Positions 61,206-64,000 of a stretch of 64,000 nt of DNA are shown here, in pieces. The notes below the pieces were generated by a model. It did not search any database and was not told the DNA's origin. It saw only the letters and a program-made list of their open reading frames with translations. The position numbers and the translations under genes were made by a program. The stretch comes from an uncultured Acidobacteriota bacterium (GTDB lineage: Bacteria > Acidobacteriota > Thermoanaerobaculia > Gp7-AA8). The stretch lies in the NCBI GenBank assembly GCA_963758195.1, contig CAVWUH010000002.1:4427958-4491957 (forward strand), given 5' to 3'. How positions within the stretch are numbered: the stretch's first letter is position 1; every line of letters starts with the position of its first letter.

Positions 61206-62159
61206 TCATCTGGACCGCCGCCGTCTCGGCGGCTGGGCGAGCGGCGTCTCGCCGCTCGCGCGACGGCGGCGGGACGCCGCCGTCCCAGCCGGCGAGGACG
61301 CCGGCGGTCCACCGGATGGCGCTCCCCTGAGTAGTGTCTGCAAAGTCTCCTTCACCGAATGCCCTGTCGTTTCCACGACGAAATCCGCCCGCGAATACAA
61401 CGGCGTCCGCTCCTCGAGAATCCGCCGCAGATCGTCCATCGCCTGCGCCGATCCCGCCATCGGACGGTGATCCCCCTGCGCAATCACGCGCGCCATGTGC
61501 TCCTCGGGCGTCGCGCGGATCCACACCGTGAAGCAGTGCCGCAGCAGCGTCTCGTACGTCGCCGTCTCCGACACGATGCTCCCGCCCGTCGCCACGATGA
61601 AGCGCGGATGCGCTTCGAGCAGTTGCTGCAGCGCCTGCGCTTCGTAGCGTCGATACGCCTGCTGCCCATACAGCTCGAGAATCGAGCCGAGCGACGTGCC
61701 GGAGAGCCGCTCGATCTCGCGATCGAGCTCGAAGAACGGCACGTCCAACTCCCGCGCCAGCGCCGCCCCGATCGTCGTCTTTCCCGCGCCGCGCAGCCCA
61801 ACCAGCGCGATGCGATGCGCGCGCGACACATTCGCATCCGCCGCAAACCGCGACGCCAGCGACGCATGCGCCTCCTTCAACTGCTCCGGCGACAACCGCG
61901 CCAGAAACTGCCGCAACAACGTCATCTCCGCCGACGGACTCTCATCCTCCACGAGCCGCGTCAACGGCAACCCCAACGCCGACGCAATTTGCCGCAGAAT
62001 GAGGATCGAAGCGTTCCCCTTCCCCGACTCGAGCTGCGTGATGTACCGCTCCGAAATCCCCGCATGACTCGCGAGGAGCTTGCGACTCATCCCGCGCCGA
62101 GCGCGTTCACCACGAACGCGCTCGCCAAAGGCGCGGAGGAAGTCTTCGTCGGGGGTCAC
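61206..62159 (-). CDS. boxR: XRE-HTH plus shikimate-kinase-like transcriptional regulator (BoxR/BzdR type)
   Basis: HTH ..MSRKLLASHAGISERYITQLESGKGN... P-loop LVGLRGAGKTT. The last ~35 codons lie inside repeat B6. Confidence 0.7.
   Translation of the reverse strand: MTPDEDFLRAFGERVRGERARRGMSRKLLASHAGISERYITQLESGKGNASILILRQIASALGLPLTRLVEDESPSAEMTLLRQFLARLSPEQLKEAHASLASRFAADANVSRAHRIALVGLRGAGKTTIGAALARELDVPFFELDREIERLSGTSLGSILELYGQQAYRRYEAQALQQLLEAHPRFIVATGGSIVSETATYETLLRHCFTVWIRATPEEHMARVIAQGDHRPMAGSAQAMDDLRRILEERTPLYSRADFVVETTGHSVKETLQTLLRGAPSGGPPASSPAGTAASRRRRASGETPLAQPPRRRRSR
61212..61310. repeat. family B repeat, copy B6
   Basis: GGACCGCCGCCGTCTCGGCGGCTGGG...CCCAGCCGGCGAGGACGCCGGCGGTCC. 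Confidence 0.85.
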
Positions 62160-62279
62160 GAGGAGGAATGATAGTGCTTGAGTAGCTCGCCTTTCGGAGA
62201 CCGGCTACGCCGAGGTAGGGAAACCCTCCTCCCGAGACACTCCTTGGGTGAATCGTCCATTTACGAGAAGGGGATCGGC

Positions 62280-64000
62280 ATGCGGAAGAGTGTTCTGGTG
62301 CTCACCGTCATCGTGGTCGTGATCGTCATCGGGCTCGTCGTGCTCAGCCTCGTGCTGCCCAGCAAGCCGAAGCCGGGGACGGTCAAGGACGAGGCGTTGC
62401 TCGTCGGCCGGGAGGCGGCGTCGTTTCCGGCGGCGGATGAGGATTACTTCAAGGACATGGACTACGGGATCTCCCAGCATCCCGAGGAGGTCCAGGCGCG
62501 GCTGGCGCCGTACATGCCGGGGATTTATGCGGCGGATGCGGTGAGCCATTTCGTGAAGGGGCGGAACAACTGGATCGTCTGGAGCGGCGGGAACGACCGG
62601 CTTTGGGATCAGCTCTACGTCGTGAGCTTCGGGACGCTCGATCTGCTGAAGACGGTGTCGAGTCATCCCAAGATGCGCTACGGCCGGCTGAAGAAGAACC
62701 GCTGGTCGTACCTCGGGCTGGTCAATGATCCCTGCTATCAGGCGCCGCGCGGGCCGCGCGGGGATCGCTTCGGGCTGTGGCTCGATGAGCGGAAAGAGAC
62801 GCCGGAGTGCCAGAACGATCCGTTCGAGAATGAAGCGAAGTATCCGGGCGTCAGGATCGGTGCACGCGGCAAGAACATTCCGGCCGGGTCGTTCTATGGC
62901 TACGGCAGCGGCATCATGGGGCTGCGGCTCTTCCCGAATCCGGCATTCGACGGGAAGGCGCAGAAGCACTGGAATGCGGAGCGCTATTACACCGATCCGA
63001 GCTATTACAACGACCGGACGCTGGTGAAGCCGTATCGCGTCGGCATGTCGTGCGGCTTCTGCCACATCAGTCTGAATCCGAGCCGGCCGCCCGAGGATCC
63101 GGAAAATCCGAAATGGGAAAACCTGAACAGCAATCCGGGGGCGCAGTACTTCTGGGTCGATCGGATCTTCGTCTGGAATCCTGTCGAGAAGAATTTCGCC
63201 TATCAGCTTTTCCACACGTCGCGTCCCGGCGCGCTCGATACGTCGCTGGTTTCGTCGGATCAGATCAACAATCCGCGCACAATGAATGCCGTTTACAACT
63301 TCCCGGCGCGCATGGAGATGGCAAGGCATTGGGGAGAGGAACAGATCGAGGGTCCAGAGACCGACAACAAGCAGTTCAATGACTATGTGCCGGCGGGCAG
63401 CGCGTTGCTGGCGTTCTATGACAAGAACACGCACAAGGTGAAGACGCCGCGCGTGCTCAAGGACGGTTCCGATTCCGTTGGCGCGCTCGGCGCCCTCAAT
63501 CGCGTCTACATCAATATCGGTCTCTTCAGCGAGGAGTGGATGCTGCACTTCATCCCGCTCCTCGGCGGTCCGGCGATTACGCCGATTGTAATCGCCGACG
63601 CGGAGAAGAATTCGTCGTATTGGAAAGCGACTGAGGCACAGACGCCGGATGTGGCGCTCTTCTTCCTGGCCAGTGCGACGCCGGATCTGTTGAGCGACGC
63701 GCCCGGCGGCGCGGCGTTCCTGACCTCGGACACGGCGCAGCTCGATCGCGGCAAGGACGTTTTCGCCGAGCGCTGTGCGCGTTGCCATTCCAGCAAATTG
63801 CCGCCGAAAGCCTACACGCAGTTTTTCCAGGGCTCGTGCATGGGGCCGAATTACCTGCAATGCTGGGACAAATACTGGCAGTGGACGAAAACGACTGAGT
63901 TCAAGGATCAGATGAAGGCGATCGTCCATTCGCCCGATTTCCTCGTCGACGCCAAGGGGAATCGCAATGCGCTGACGATGGATGCGCGCGTGCCGGTGAC
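62280..64000 (+). CDS. membrane-anchored cytochrome c family protein (two CXXCH), 3' end beyond the window
   Basis: ATG 62280. MRKSVLVLTVIVVVIVIGLVVLSLVL... Haem motifs CGFCH (near 63050) and CARCH (near 63775). The frame, checked by hand at three points, stays open to 64000. It is absent from the ORF track. Confidence 0.7.
   Translation, partial: MRKSVLVLTVIVVVIVIGLVVLSLVLPSKPKPGTVKDEALLVGREAASFPAADEDYFKDMDYGISQHPEEVQARLAPYMPGIYAADAVSHFVKGRNNWIVWSGGNDRLWDQLYVVSFGTLDLLKTVSSHPKMRYGRLKKNRWSYLGLVNDPCYQAPRGPRGDRFGLWLDERKETPECQNDPFENEAKYPGVRIGARGKNIPAGSFYGYGSGIMGLRLFPNPAFDGKAQKHWNAERYYTDPSYYNDRTLVKPYRVGMSCGFCHISLNPSRPPEDPENPKWENLNSNPGAQYFWVDRIFVWNPVEKNFAYQLFHTSRPGALDTSLVSSDQINNPRTMNAVYNFPARMEMARHWGEEQIEGPETDNKQFNDYVPAGSALLAFYDKNTHKVKTPRVLKDGSDSVGALGALNRVYINIGLFSEEWMLHFIPLLGGPAITPIVIADAEKNSSYWKATEAQTPDVALFFLASATPDLLSDAPGGAAFLTSDTAQLDRGKDVFAERCARCHSSKLPPKAYTQFFQGSCMGPNYLQCWDKYWQWTKTTEFKDQMKAIVHSPDFLVDAKGNRNALTMDARVPV

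Noticed and set aside
62205-63929. 574-aa minus-strand ORF
   Set aside because: It is extremely Arg-rich and low in complexity. It lies exactly antisense to a plus-strand frame that has a membrane anchor and two CXXCH haem motifs, so it is a typical high-GC shadow ORF.

Overview
This is a high-GC bacterial chromosomal segment. Gene content (DUF1579, DUF3011, CarboxypepD_reg, DUF11 and NHL proteins, many secreted proteins) suggests a soil Acidobacteriota-like organism, but that is inference only. I support about 50 protein-coding genes, tRNA-Lys(TTT), tRNA-Glu(TTC), one IS1380-like insertion sequence and 24 palindromic repeat loci. Recognisable blocks are: a DUF1111 di-haem protein; a COG2984-type ABC importer with an embedded STAS-domain gene; phosphoesterase, BNR, PhyH and GT2 genes; a TonB-dependent receptor, ABC importer and single-module A-T-TE NRPS-like enzyme in one minus-strand gene string; a HipA-like kinase/DUF3037 pair; a hybrid histidine kinase; an exported truncated globin; an AidB-like acyl-CoA dehydrogenase; and boxR-boxC-boxB of the aerobic benzoyl-CoA pathway. 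The most unusual points are as follows. (1) Five translationally coupled ORFs of unknown function sit in a lower-GC patch (15051-19014). (2) The repeats fall into several families, and some sit in frame inside coding sequence: an NRPS adenylation domain, a lipoprotein signal peptide, and several gene termini. (3) Six conserved or well-supported reading frames are broken by indels or a short duplication; this is either real gene decay or indel error in the assembly. All family names are from memory of sequence motifs, and no searches were run. Many long Arg/Ala-rich ORFs in the track are antisense shadows. Two real genes that run off the window edges are missing from the track.
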